Part shown: piece by piece, positions 27,980-40,366 of the stretch
How positions within the stretch are numbered: the stretch's first letter is position 1
How the letters are laid out: the number at the start of each line of letters is the position of its first letter
Origin: Camelus dromedarius
Taxonomy: Eukaryota
DNA length: 64,000 bases
NCBI RefSeq assembly: GCF_036321535.1
Contig: NC_087438.1
Location: 5,582,001-5,646,000 of the forward strand
Direction: 5' to 3'
Notes under the pieces: model-generated
The model's database searches: none
Told to the model about the DNA's origin: nothing
Seen by the model: the letters and a program-made list of their open reading frames with translations, nothing else
Position numbers and translations under genes: made by a program

Positions 27980-29280
27980 TAATTTTTTGTTTTTATAATG
28001 TGATTGAGTTTCCAGTTGTTCTAATGCCATTTATGGAAAAGACTATCCTTTCTCCATTTCATTTCTTTGCTCCTTATTTTGGGAAAGATTAGTTGACTTT
28101 GTTTATTAGGGTCTTTATTTCTCTCTATTCTATTCCATCAATCTGTTTATTTTGTTACCAATATTCTTTTGCCAATTTTTAAATTCGTTTGTCTGTCTTG
28201 ATTTATTACGGCTTTATGGTGAGTCTTAAAGTGAATCGTCTTAGTCCTCCACCGTTCTTCAATATCGTTCTTGATCTTCAGCGTCCTGCTGGGTCGTCTT
28301 AGTCTTATGCCTTTCCTTTCATACTGTTGGATTAATTTGTGGGGAACATTTTAAAAATGAGATCACAAACATACCAACATTAGTATGGGGAAAATCGATA
28401 GAACTGTCTCCACTGAAGTTAAAATTTCTTTTCAAAGAACAGTATAAACAAAGGTAACAGATGTATTATGGGTGTAGTAACAGTATTTGCAATAGCTAAA
28501 CTGACAAAGGATTAATATGGAGGGTATATGATAAGCTATTCCTGTAAGAAAAAAATATGGCAAAAATCTCTAAATAGGCAATTTACAAAAGGAAAAACCT
28601 GAAGAAATTACTAATAAGTATATGTAAAAATTCTGAGCCACCCCAGCAATCAGGGAAGTGCATATTAAAATAACTGTGAGAAACCACTCTATACCTATAG
28701 ACTGGCAAAAATTGATTCTTGTTAAGTAATGGTAAGAGTGTGGGGTCTCAAAGCTTAAGCTTAGCTGCTAGGATTATGATGTCACTAATTCAGTTATGAA
28801 AATTAAGTTGGTAGTATTTTGTAAAATTACACATGTGTATGTACTAAGACCAACATTTTTAGTATATTCATGTCCACGAAGTAGTGTGTTAGGAGAATCT
28901 TCCAAGCACTGCTCATGCTTGTAGAAGCAAGGAGTTAAAACTGACCTACGCGTTCATCTTTGGAGGACGATACAAGAAACTGACATACGCATCAGATGGA
29001 ATAATATAATTTAGATAAGAAAGTAATAAATTTACATACAATAACATACATAAAACATATATAGAATTTAGTGATAAGTAAATAAGGAGTATGAGAATTA
29101 AGTCATTTATCTAAATGAAAAATAAGCACATAAAATTCTGTCCACTTTAAAGGATACATGACACTTGAACAAACATACGGAGGGCAGACGTGGATTACAG
29201 AGCTACTGCTTGAACGTATTAGAATGCGTACCTATGGGAGGGAAAGGAGCAATTGTTTCTGACAACAGTGAATTAGGAAC
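27980..29280. mobile_element. Old L1 fragments: antisense piece to about 28340, then sense L1ME-like piece
   Basis: ttccagttgttctaatgccatttatggaaaagactatcctttctcc (antisense ORF2), then ctgacaaaggattaatat...ggcaatttacaaaagg (sense ORF2 3' region). Confidence 0.7.
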
Positions 29281-29850
29281 TTAGTAAATTTTTCTGCTGA
29301 GTAAAATTTAAAAGAATGTTTGAAGTATAAAACAGATCTCCTTATAATTTCTAAGATCTCTAAGAATTGCAAAGCCCAAGTTTAGGAGCGGACTGGAATC
29401 CAGACAAGTAAGCCTACTACTCAAATAGCTAAAGTCCTATTTATCTTGACAGTGTTTGCTTATAGAAAAGCAGGTGCAGAACTGAACTGATTATTTTAAT
29501 AAACTTTTATGCAAATTAATTTTAGATTTGCAGAAAAGTTACAAGAATTGTACAGAGAATTTTTGTATATTCCTCACTCGTTACCTTAAAACTATCATTT
29601 TATATAACCGTGGTGCACTGTCAAATCTAAGAAACTAACTTTAGACTTAGATTTCACCAGATTTCCATTAATGCCATTTGTGTACATATGTGTAGGTGTT
29701 TATATGTATGCATGTGTGTATATGCATGTGTGTATATGTATGTGTGTGTATGTGTGTGTGTATGTATGTATGTATGGTTGGCTCAGGAGAACACCCAGCA
29801 CACCTCATTACATACCTGATATTAAAAATTCCTAGATTTTAAAAAGCAGA

Positions 29851-30135
29851 AGTCGGGAGATAATTGTTCACGAGTCTCTTGCATTTCTGCATATTTTGTT
29901 AACACAGAAACCATTTGCCTTTATTCTGGGCTGTTATTTCAAGGTTGTTTGTATATTTAGCAGACTTGAAAGATACAATATCTTCTTAAGGAACGCAGAG
30001 TAGCTTTGCTTTCTATCCAAGATAGTAATGTCTCCTTCCAGAGAAAATGTCAGGTAGACTTGCTTGCTTCTCATTGTAAAAGACTGGGGTGCCCTAAGCA
30101 CAAGGCTCTTCAGCTGTTATGCAGACCCACTAAAT
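29851..30135 (+). mobile_element. LTR40-like ERVL LTR fragment
   Basis: ggagataattgttcacgagtctcttgcatttctgca...ttcaaggttgtttgtata resembles the recalled LTR40 consensus. Confidence 0.65.
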
Positions 30136-30635
30136 GAAGGACATCTCCCTACCTGCATCTAGGGAACCAAAGTTAAGGCCAAAATATATGATCAAGTTTA
30201 ACGTCAGATTAAATCCAGCTAAATAGACAATTGGTGAACCAAATCCAGATCAGAGGATATCAAGAATGTAGTGTAAAGAAAATGACAGAAAATTATGAAG
30301 AGATGGCAAATGATATAGAAAAGTGTGAAAATATATGTTTAATTAGAATTGTAGAAGAAATAGAAAAAGGGCAAAGGAACTATTTGAAGAGATACTAGTT
30401 GAGGATTTATTTTAAAAATTACATACAACACTATACTGTTTATCAAATTGTGCGTAGCAAGCCACCCCCTAACTTAATGACTTAAAATTACAACCATTTT
30501 ATTACTTCTCAGGCTCAGTGGTTCTCCTCTTCCATAATGTCCCTGGTCTATAGTTACTTGGGGGCTTGATTATGCAGATAATACCAAGAGACGAGGGAAG
30601 CTTCAAATGATGAAAAATCCAATTTGCATGAAATA

Positions 30636-30842
30636 CAGTTGACCTTTGAATGACTTTGGAGGTTTGGGACACCAACCCCTGACTCAAAAATCCACATAGA
30701 ACCTTACAGTGGGCCCTCTGTATCTGTGGTTCTGCATCTGTGGATTTAACCAATTGAAGATTGTGTAGTACATTTTATTGAAAAAAATCCGTATATAAGT
30801 GGATCCACACCATTCAAACCCACGTTGTTCAAGGGTCAACTG
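30636..30842. mobile_element. Tigger2-family MITE (TcMar)
   Basis: Terminal inverted repeats cagttgacctttgaa / ttcaagggtcaactg, flanked by TA on both sides (30634-35 and 30843-44). Confidence 0.9.
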
Positions 30843-31428
30843 TACATAACAATTATGAATGTGTATGTATCTAATAGCATGAACTTTGAATAAACAAAAC
30901 TACATGGAGAAATAGATAATTCCATAATCATAGTGAAATATTTTAAGATATATTTCTCAGTAAGCATCAGAGCAAACAGATGAAAAGTCAAGATACAAAA
31001 GATTTGATCAACATGATTAACAAAACGGTCTTAATGGAAATCTGTAGAATGTTGTACTCAACATTTATACACATGGTTTTCCATAGCACATGAGATTTAT
31101 ACAGAAAGAAGCGACATATTTGGCCATAAATTGTCACAACAAATTTCAGAGAAGTTCTTTATACAGAATATATTTTCTGATCTTGATTCAATTAGGAGTG
31201 AAATGAGAGAACAGATGGGGAATAAAGGGCAGAAATACAATACAATGCAATAAAAAGATACACCGTAGGAAATTTGTATGTATCGGTGATGATAGTTTGT
31301 TACGAATTAAAGAGAATAATCAAGTAAATTTTAACATGAAGCCCATGAAAAAACTGCAGAAGCAAGAGCGTTACAGAGGGATTGCATATGCAAAAGCCTG
31401 ACACAGAAATAATGCTGACGCTTTAGAA

Positions 31429-31625
31429 CAGGAGCGAGCACACTTTTCCTGTAAAGCTCCAGGCAGTAAACATTTTAGGCTTTGTGGGCCACGTGGTCTG
31501 CATCACAACCACTCGGCTCAGTCACAGTAGAGTGAAAACAGACACAGACAGTGTGGAAGCAAATGTGCGTGGCTGTGTCCCAGCAAAACGTTATTCATAA
31601 AAACAGGCTGTAGGCTGACTTAGCA
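31429..31625 (+). mobile_element. MER58A-like hAT element
   Basis: cttttcctgtaaag...gtaaacattttaggctttgtgggcca...gcgtggctgtgtcccagcaaaac. Confidence 0.8.
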
Positions 31626-31669
31626 CTCCTCAGCAGCACCCAGATCACGTGGGGCCTGGTAGGTCTCAC

Positions 31670-32309
31670 TGATACAGGAAAACAGATGTGGGGCGTGAGG
31701 AGGGCTGAGTCCCAGGTCTCGGTTGAGCCCCTGGGACGTGCCCCACCAGGTGTGGGTCCTTGGCTTCATGCAGGAAAGAATTCAAGTGTGAGCCACTGTT
31801 GGGTAAAGGTAGATTTATTTAGAGAGATACACTCTGCATAGAGGGTAAGGCCAGAGAGAGGCAAGGAAAGAGGTGTGGGAATCGGGTGCTCAGGTTAAAG
31901 TAAAAGTAGGTACACACTCCACTGACAGAGTGCGGGCCGTCTCCAAAGGGGAGAGAGAGCGCAAAGGGCCACTAGGCGTGGTGTCGTCCCTTTTTAGGGT
32001 CTCAGTAGCTTCACACGCCTATAGGTGGGATCAATCCAACTGCCTTGGGGAAGGGGCTGGGATTCCCAGGGGTTGGGCCACTTGCCCATTTTTTGGCCTT
32101 TTGCGGTTAGCCTTGGGGCTGTCATGGCGCCTGCGGGCGTGTTATTTGATCCCGCTGTTACAATGAGCATATGATGAAGCTCCAGGTCTCCTAGAAGTTA
32201 AACCTCTTAATCCTTAAGGCCAAGTAGGAGGTGAATCTTCCACCATTTTGGTGTTAAATTGCTGTCATTCCTTGAGTGGCTGTGCCCTGCCCCCTTCCCT
32301 CCTGTCTCA
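31670..32309 (-). mobile_element. ERV1-class solo LTR (640 bp)
   Basis: Inverted termini tgatacagg...cctgtctca, perfect 4-bp TSD TCAC (31666-69 and 32310-13), AATAAA on the minus strand near 31815. Confidence 0.88.
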
Positions 32310-32479
32310 TCACTGAAGTGTTTTTATTTTATTATCTGTTCAATGTAAAGTCATTTAAGTGCCATCATCTGACCTTGATCTTAAAAAAACAAAAACAAAA
32401 AGCAAGCTCCATAACTCTTCATTCTCTGTGGAGATCAGACAGAACACTGCGGAAACCCAGAGTCGGTAAGGGTTTAGAC

Positions 32480-32660
32480 CAGCAGTTGGTAAACTATGGT
32501 CCACAGACCAAACTCAGCTAAGTTCTGTTTCCGTGTGACTAGAAACTTAAGAATGGCTTTTACATTTTTAAATTGTAAAAAAGAAAACACTCTGCAGCAT
32601 GGATCACATTTGACCCTCAAAATCTAAAGACCTTTAAAGATAAATGTTTGTGGACACCTG
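32480..32660. mobile_element. MER58B-like hAT element
   Basis: cagcagttggtaaactatggtccacag...aagaatggcttttacatttttaaa. Confidence 0.7.
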
Positions 32661-32714
32661 GCAATGCAGAAGGTATTTTGCAAGAAGAGATGAGGAGACT
32701 CAAAACTACACCTG

Positions 32715-32975
32715 CTGTTTCCGTTTTGTAGATGAGTTCACAGTGTCTTTTTTTTTTTTTTAGATTCCACATATGAGTGATATCATATATATAAAAATAG
32801 ATTTTAAAAGTTTCTTTTGTATAGCACAGGGAACTATGTTCAATACCTTGTAACAAGCTTTAATAGAAAAAAAATGAAAACGAATATATGTATTTATATG
32901 CATGACCGGAACATTGTGCTGTACACCAGAAATTGACACATTGTAACTTCAATTAAAAAAAAAGAAAAGAAAGGA
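32715..32975 (+). mobile_element. Short L1 3' end with inverted 5' segment
   Basis: Antisense L1 (ttagattccacatatgagtgatatcata) joined to a sense 3' UTR and A-tail. Confidence 0.8.
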
Positions 32976-33059
32976 AAATACATTGGCTGTTTAGAGATGA
33001 AAGAAAGGGGAGAGCCAGGAATGACTTCTAGTTTTCTTTCTTTTCTGCTTTATAGCATC

Positions 33060-33580
33060 TTGTAAGACGTAGCTCACCACTGGGGTTATCTCTGCCAGTC
33101 TTGTGGCTTTCAATACCTTCCTTACTCTGTTAACTCCTAAATGTATGTCTCCAATCTGGACCTCTTTCCTGAATTCCAGACTTATGTCTTCATGTTCCTA
33201 CTCATCGGCTACACTTGGATCTCAATGTTAAGAAGCTTGAAATGCACATTCTTGATTCCCCCCCAGGCCTTTTTCTTTTCAGAGTTTCCCGCACCCCAAT
33301 AAATGATATCTCTCTTTCCTTTGCTTTCCCCCAAATCTGTGGCATGAGCTTGACTTGTCCACATCTGGTCTATAAGCATCCCTGTTGCTGCTACTCCAAA
33401 GCATTTACGTAAGTTACTACTTCTCAGCACCTCTGTCACTGTACCTCTATCCAAGTCAGCATTTACTGCTCCCTAGATTAATGCAGAAGCTTCCTCATTG
33501 ATATTCCTGCTTCTTTCCTTGTAGTCTTTACCCCAAATTCTATTCTTAGCACAGCAACCAGATTGTCCTGTTAAGTCATA
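33060..33580 (+). mobile_element. LINE-2 fragment
   Basis: tctccaatctggacctctttcctgaattccagactt...cacagcaaccaga. Confidence 0.7.
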
Positions 33581-33888
33581 ATGCAGGATACTGACAGGGA
33601 AAAACAACGTTGGACAACATGAACAACAAAGGACCTAAATTGCCAGGAATGATGGTTTACTATGAAGCTGTAGTAATTCAGGCAAATAGACCAACAGAAC
33701 AGACTAGAGGGTCCAGAAATAACCCACTCATGTAAGGTCATGTGACTTCTGACATTACTTTGCAGGTAGGTAAAGATGGTATTTTGAAAAATACAGATTT
33801 GAGATAATTGGTGATCCACATGGATATAAAAATTATTGATGATCTAGCTAAGGTAATGAACACAAATTCTATTTCAGATGTATTATAG

Positions 33889-35073
33889 TGTGGGAGCCCA
33901 GGATTGGGTTAACAAATTGTAGCAGACCCCAGCCTCTTGTCTCCTTTAAGAAGAACAAATGTGCTTAGTAACTGCTTTGCAAGCACACGCCTGTGTGTCC
34001 GTCTGCCCTCCTGTCTCCTTGCCGTAAAAAGCAGAGACAGTGCCTTGCTTGCATAGTTGAGGTTTTATGTAGCACTCTGCTCGTTGCAAAGCAACGACCC
34101 AGGCCCTCAGCTATAAACAGTGGGCTTGATTGCTGTTAGATAGTCTTTTATCCCCAAAACAAGGAACTGGCTGGTCTGGTGGTCTGCTTTGTAATTAACA
34201 TATATAAAGAATGTATCTTGACGTGCACCCCAATGTTCATAGCAGCATTATTTACAATAGCCAAGACATGGAAACAGCCTAAATGTCCATCAACAGATGA
34301 CTGGATAAAGAAGATGTGGTATATTTATACAATGGAATACTATTCAGCCATAAAAACTGACAACATAACGCCATTTGCAGCAACATGGATGCTCCTGGAG
34401 AATGTCATTCCAAGGGAAGTAAGCCAAAAGAAGAAAGAAAAATACCATATGAGATCACTCATATGTGGAATTTAAAAACAAACAAACAAACAAAGCATAA
34501 ATACAAAACAGAAATAGACTCATAGACATAGAATACAAACTTGTGGTTGCCAAGGGGGCTGGGGGTGGGAAGAGATAGACTGGGATTTCAAAATTGTAGA
34601 CTAGATAAACAAGATTATACTGTATAGCACAGGGAAATATATACAAGATCTTATGGTAGCTCACAGAGAAAAAAATGTGATGATGAATATATATATGTTC
34701 ATGTATAATTGAAAAATTGTGCTCTACACTGGAATTTGACACAACATTGTAAAATGATTATAAATCAATAAAAAATGTTTAAAAAAAATAAAGAATGTAT
34801 CTTGTTCCCCTCTCCCCATGACTTCCCTAAAGATAAATTAAGCCTTTGTACTCATTGTGATTCTACAATCTCGATCCCATCCTGTCTTTCCCTAAATTCC
34901 TGCATTCCATCACACAACTGTTAAAGATTTTTCCTTTGATTATACACAATAAATGTGGGAGCATTTGAGAGGCTCATGGAGTTGGTCCCTGACTCCCTCT
35001 CGCTCTCTTGACTTTCCAGAGTCTCGAGTAATTCATTCTGCTTCGGTGGGACGTCTGCCGATCAGAACCCACA
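33889..35073 (+). mobile_element. ERV2/ERVK-class solo LTR (601 bp once the L1 insert is removed)
   Basis: Inverted termini TGTGGG...CCCACA, perfect 6-bp TSD TTATAG (33883-88 and 35074-79), AATAAA near 34948. Confidence 0.85.
34221..34787 (+). mobile_element. Young 5'-truncated L1 inserted into the LTR
   Basis: Open ORF2 C-terminus TCTPMFIAALFTIAKTWKQPKCPSTDDWIKKMWYIYTMEYYSAIK, with perfect 17-bp TSD ataaagaatgtatcttg (34204-20 and 34788-804). Confidence 0.97.
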
Positions 35074-38000
35074 TTATAGCCTTGAAAAAGAAAGGTGAAG
35101 CCATAAATTTTTAGAAGAAAACATAGATATTCACCTGTGAAACACTGAGGTAGGCAAAAGTTTCTTAGAGGAAACACATGCAGATAAAAATACTAACCAA
35201 TAATACAGGAAAAAAGAGAAAAATTGGACTGTGTCAAATTTGTGAACTGATCCTCATCAAAAGACATCATTTAGAGCGTATAAGGAAGATAGAAACTGGG
35301 AGGAGCTAGTTTCTTGCATGAGTTTGAAAAAGGGCTCAGGTGTAGGATTTCACAAATCAAAAAGAAGACAGAAGACGCTAGAAAAATAAGCAAAAGACTC
35401 AAACAGACACTTCACAAAAGAGAATGTGCAGAGGACCAATAGACACGTGAAAAGATGTTCGTCAGGAAAAACAGAATAAAAGAACCCCACCGGAATAAGT
35501 AAAATAAAAAAGACAGATACTATCTAGTGCCGGTAAGGTACAGAGCAAGTGGAACTCTTGTAGATTGTTAGTAGATGTGTAAATTGGTACAAATACATTG
35601 ACAGTTTTGGAACATTGATGGCATCTGCTACCACTGATCAAATGCATAATTAACCTGCCATGATGCGGCAATCCCACTGCTAGGAGTTCTATATTCCAGG
35701 GGAAATGAGTAAGTGTATTCAACAAAAGACATGCTAGAAGTCAGAGTGGCACTATTCTTAAAAGCCAAGTGGGATACAAGCTGAAGTCTCCATCTGCAAT
35801 GGAATAGACATTTAAATTGTGGTACATTCATATCATTGAACAGTGTATAGAACAAGAGTGGACAGACTGGCACCACACCTGTAATAGCACGTACAAACCT
35901 CAAAAACCAAATGCTGAATGGAAGAAGTCGAGTGAAAAATAGTAGATACAATGGGATTCTGTTTTGTAAACTTGAGAAAACTTAAAAAAACAGGCAAGTG
36001 AATCTGGGGTTAGAAATCAGGGTAAGGGTTACGCGTTGGAGTCAGTGGTATTGACTGGAGAGAAATAAGTGGGTGCTGATAATATTCTGTTTCTTCAGCT
36101 GGTGGAGGCTATAAAAGTGTTGTTCATTATGTGAAAATTCAGCATGTTCTGCTACATTGATTATATTGGAATCTTGCAATTGACGCATTTAATAATTCAA
36201 TACAAGGTTAACTAAATTGACAAAAAGTAAATCAAGGACTTCCACCTCTAGATGGAGCTGCAGGGACCAGATTGACTTTCTTACCTGGCTGACTCAGACA
36301 CCAGACTGGACACTCATTCTGGTATCCGTTCAGAGCAGGTACTGCTCCCTGACGCCTACCAGGGGCTGTTCTGAGTGTGCAGGAGAGAGTGAACGGAACC
36401 CACCAGGTCCCTCGTCTTTAGGCGCTTTCACTAGAGTGGATGGATAGAGTGAATAAACGGAATCAGTGAACTGTCTGCAGCGCTCCGTGCCATCTATGAT
36501 TTAGGATGTCAGTTAGAACGGCCAGGGAAGGCTTCTCCTTGGAGAACACGTTTGTGCTGAGGAATATTGGTGAGAAAGATGTAAACACAAGAAAACAATG
36601 GGTAGAGAGAGGTACCTGGGCCCCAAGGAAAGGCTGCAGACAGGCTGGAGGCTCAGACTGGTTTCTGAGATGGCCCCTCCTCTGTCAGCCTGATGAGGTC
36701 AAGCCCAGTTTGCCCTTCGTGCCGCCCGTACTTACGTTCCTACAATTCCTGATTCCATTCAGGATGTGAAAGTTGTCCTCTCTTTTTAATGGTAGAAGGT
36801 GGAACTTGAGTTGAACTCCTGAAGTTTTTCTTTCTTTTTTTTTTTATGTTAATGATCAGAAGTGGCAGTTTAGAAACTGGATGTTTTAAATTTTTTTTTG
36901 TCATATGTAAATTATTTTTCATGCTGGTGTGAAGCCTCTAGTTGTTAAACCCTCTGTAAATTAGTCTGAAAACCATGGACTTCTGTATCAGTCACAACCA
37001 TGGCTAATTAACTCCTCACTAATGTTCTCAACAGAAGCTGTGAAATTACGAGTCTTGGGAGACTCAGCAAGCAGCTGTGTTGTGCGGCGCTATCGCTTTG
37101 TATTTTTTCTCTCTGTCTCTGTCAGGCTGATGGCAGCTCAGGCAGCACCTGTTAGAAAACAGGAGACGCCCGGGGCTTCGTCTGGGCTGGTCTGGAAGCA
37201 GGCCCCCCGCCCTCCCGCTGGGGACGCTCTGGGGACGTGTTGGGACCAACAAGCTCCTGAGCAGATGCTCAGTGTCAGAGATGATCGGAGTGGAAATCAC
37301 TGATAAATCAGGGAGAGGAACTCGTGCTTCCCAGCGCTCTGACTTTAATGTTCTGTACGGAACCACTGCCGCGTGCTGCGTTTCCAATTAAACAAAAGGA
37401 AAACCTCCCTCAAACACCCAATGCAACACTTTTTCTGGAGTGGCCTGTGTTCTCCAGACGGTTCCTGAGCAAGGTCCGCAGACATGCAAGCACAGCTTCG
37501 AGGAAGAAGAAAAATACCTTAAAGCCGTTGCCATAGACTTTCCTTCCTTCCCACTGGAACCGTGACCCCAACAAACTGAATCGATTCGGGTGACTTTTGT
37601 GTTCTTTGTTCTCAAGTGAGCGCACCTCCTTTGTGTTGCTTACCAAACCGGGCTCTGACAACAGAAAGAAAAGGTAGCAATGGGAAACAGGGAAGCTTTT
37701 TCTTGTATGTGGTGTTTCCCCAGCACTAGCAACAGACGATGAGTTTAAAGAAAAGTACAGTATGACTGTGGGAAAGGGTCTGTCAAAAACACAGGATAAG
37801 GACTTTGCAACCTCCCCAAAGCAATGGCACGAAAGTGATTTGATTGCAACACAGACTCAATTCCCAAGGTCAATAATTTCATTTTCCATCATTGCATGGA
37901 ATTGCCATCTGAAGGATTCACAGAAAAATTAAAAGCCCCCCATGGAATCACTAACAAAACTTTTTCTTGCCTAAAGACCAGAAAAACATGAAATTCCCAG

Positions 38001-38141
38001 CCCCCTTTACAACGGCCTCTTCCAGTAATGACTTACTCAAAGCCTGTCCAAGACGGCTTAATATGATGGATACAGAGGAGAGTGACATCTGGTCAACTCA
38101 CTGTGCAGAAGCAAAAGGCTGGCTGAACTCCATGACATCTT

Positions 38142-38855
38142 TTTCTTTAATTTTTAAAATTTTTATTGAAGTATAGTCACTTTACAGTGTTGTGTTAATT
38201 TCTGGTGTACAGCACAGTGATGTACATAAATACATATATAAAACTGAATCACTGTTCATGTTCTTTTTCATTATAGGCCACCACAGGGTATTGAATATAG
38301 TTCCCTGTGCTGTACAGCAGGACCTTGCTGTTCATCTATTTTACATATAGTACTTGGTATCTGCAAATCCCAGACTCCCAGTTTATCCCCCCACTCCCCC
38401 AACCCCCTCTGGTAACCACAATTTTGTATGGAGGTTCCTTAAAAAGCTAAAAACAGACTTACCATAGGATCTAGCAATCTCACTCCCGGGCATATATCTG
38501 GAGGAAATTCTAATTAAAGATACATGCACCCCTATGTTCATAACAGCAGTATTTACAATAGCCAAAACATGGAAGCAACTTACAAGTCCATTGACAGGTG
38601 ACTAACTAAAGAAATTGTGGTGTATTTATACAATGGAATCCTACTCAGCCATAAAAAAGAACAAAATAATGCCATTTGCAGCAACATAGATGGACCTGGA
38701 GATCGTCATTCTAAGTGAAGTAAGTGAAGAGTGAGAAAGAGAAAGAGAAATGCCACATGGTATCACTTACACGTGGGATCTAAAACAAACAGACAAATGA
38801 ACTTTTTTACAAAACAGAAACAGACTCGCAGACACAGAAAACAAAATTGTGGTTG
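38142..38855 (-). mobile_element. L1 with 5' inversion (twin priming)
   Basis: T-rich tail and antisense 3' UTR to about 38427, then a sense ORF2 end. 12-bp TSD ccatgacatctt (38130-41 and 38856-67). Confidence 0.92.
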
Positions 38856-39344
38856 CCATGACATCTTGCTGTCCCTTCCTGCTGCCCCCCGTCCACACAT
38901 TACCCTCCAGGAAAGACAAGGGGCGGCCCCTGTCTGAATGATGACGTCAGGAACAGGTGACCTTGGGGGTGAGAGGGAAGCTCTTCATCGCCTTCTTCCT
39001 GCTCAGACTGTCAGCCCCAGGGCCTGAATGACAGGTCTCCTTTCAGGAGGGTCCCAGAGAGAGTGGACCTCATGCGGGAAACACAGAGGGTGAGAACACT
39101 CACCATCTCCTATAGTGCTTTGCTTCCTCACTTCAAAGGGCAGCTACAATGTTGATTTTAACATTTAAGTCATAGAACGTGGTATTTCCACACCCTTTTT
39201 GTAGGAAACTGCGATAAACAATGGGGTGAGATTTAATGACTTCCATGGAAGTTATGAGGATTACCCACATGGCGGCTTCAGAATCAATTTAAACAGAGCT
39301 TAGAAAGGCTGAGACGCATGTCAGAAACTTCATATTCTCAAGTA

Positions 39345-39550
39345 GGTGGGCTCTGAGATGCCCAGACCTGGCCTCAAATTCCAGTCCTGCCTAGTTAGTT
39401 AAATGAGCTTGAATGAATTACCACAGCTGATTTCTCCGGTGAAAAATTGAAGTAGACTGAAATTCAAGGTTATCTGAGAATTAAATATGATACCACATGA
39501 AATGTTTCACACAAGACCTGGTAAATATGAAACTCCATAAACGCTATTAA
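39345..39550. mobile_element. MIR SINE
   Basis: ccagacctggcctcaaattccagtcctgcc...ttatctgagaattaaat. Confidence 0.6.
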
Positions 39551-40331
39551 CTTTATAATCCCTTTCACAGTAGCAGTTCTGGGAGACAAGGACAATGGTA
39601 CGTATTATTATAGAATTAGATGAACACTTTTCTTTCTACAGTCTTCCTGGAATCACTGTCAGGTGAGCTATTCCATCTCTAATAAGGAATTCCATTCCTT
39701 CAAAAACCAAACTCTAGCTGATGGGAATTTGACACTATTTTCAGCCTTAGGTGAATATGATGTATTTCTGCGATGCTCAGAATCCTACCTGAGCAAGCCC
39801 GCATGGTCTTTCTCTGTAACAAAGTTAGAAATAGTTCACGGGATGTAAAGAAATCTCCCTTTAAATACAAAATATTAAAATTGGAAGAAATTTGGGAGAT
39901 CAGCTCTCTCAGAACACTACTTCTCATGTGAAGAAACGCTCCCTGAACTCCAGCGTGCTTAGCTCGAAGGGAAACGTGGTTAATCGCCTTCGGTTATGGG
40001 AGAGCTGCCCCGCATGGGGGAAGGGCACAGGAGGGTGCGGGGGCAGGAGGGAGTGGGCAGTCCCAGCTGTCACGACCAGCAAACAGTGGAAGTTTCGCTG
40101 GGGCAGCTTCTGGAACAAAGTGGTGCTCTTTGACATCTGGAAAGTTCTCTTCTAAACATCCTCAAATGACACTTTTCCTCTGTAAACTGTTACATATAAT
40201 GCAGCTATCAGTGTAAAATAATTCCCGTATCGTTTCTTTTCTTGCGTGTGAAGTCTTAAACCCCAACAGCTGCCGTATCAGCCTGTTTCATCTTCATATG
40301 TGTTTATAGTGAAGATCAAATGTGGTATCAA

Positions 40332-40366
40332 GGGGGTACAGCTCAGGGGTAGAGCATTTGACTGCA
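40332..40366 (+). pseudogene. tRNA-Cys(GCA) 5'-half retropseudogene (tailless)
   Basis: GGGGGTACAGCTCAGGGGTAGAGCATTTGACTGCA matches nt 1-35 of mammalian tRNA-Cys as recalled (one mismatch) and stops at the GCA anticodon. Flanked by caaatgtggtatca / caaatgtgttttca. Confidence 0.85.

Larger units (their letters stand above)
33590..36220 (+). mobile_element. Old L1 (ORF2 3' part and 3' UTR) interrupted by an LTR
   Basis: L1 sequence is collinear across the LTR: ...ttcagatgtattatag | ccttgaaaaagaaaggtgaagccataaatttttagaagaaaacatag..., followed by aaacagacacttcacaaaagag. Confidence 0.8.

Noticed and set aside
40332..40366. Functional tRNA-Cys gene
   Set aside because: The 3' half (B box, T arm, acceptor 3' strand) is absent.
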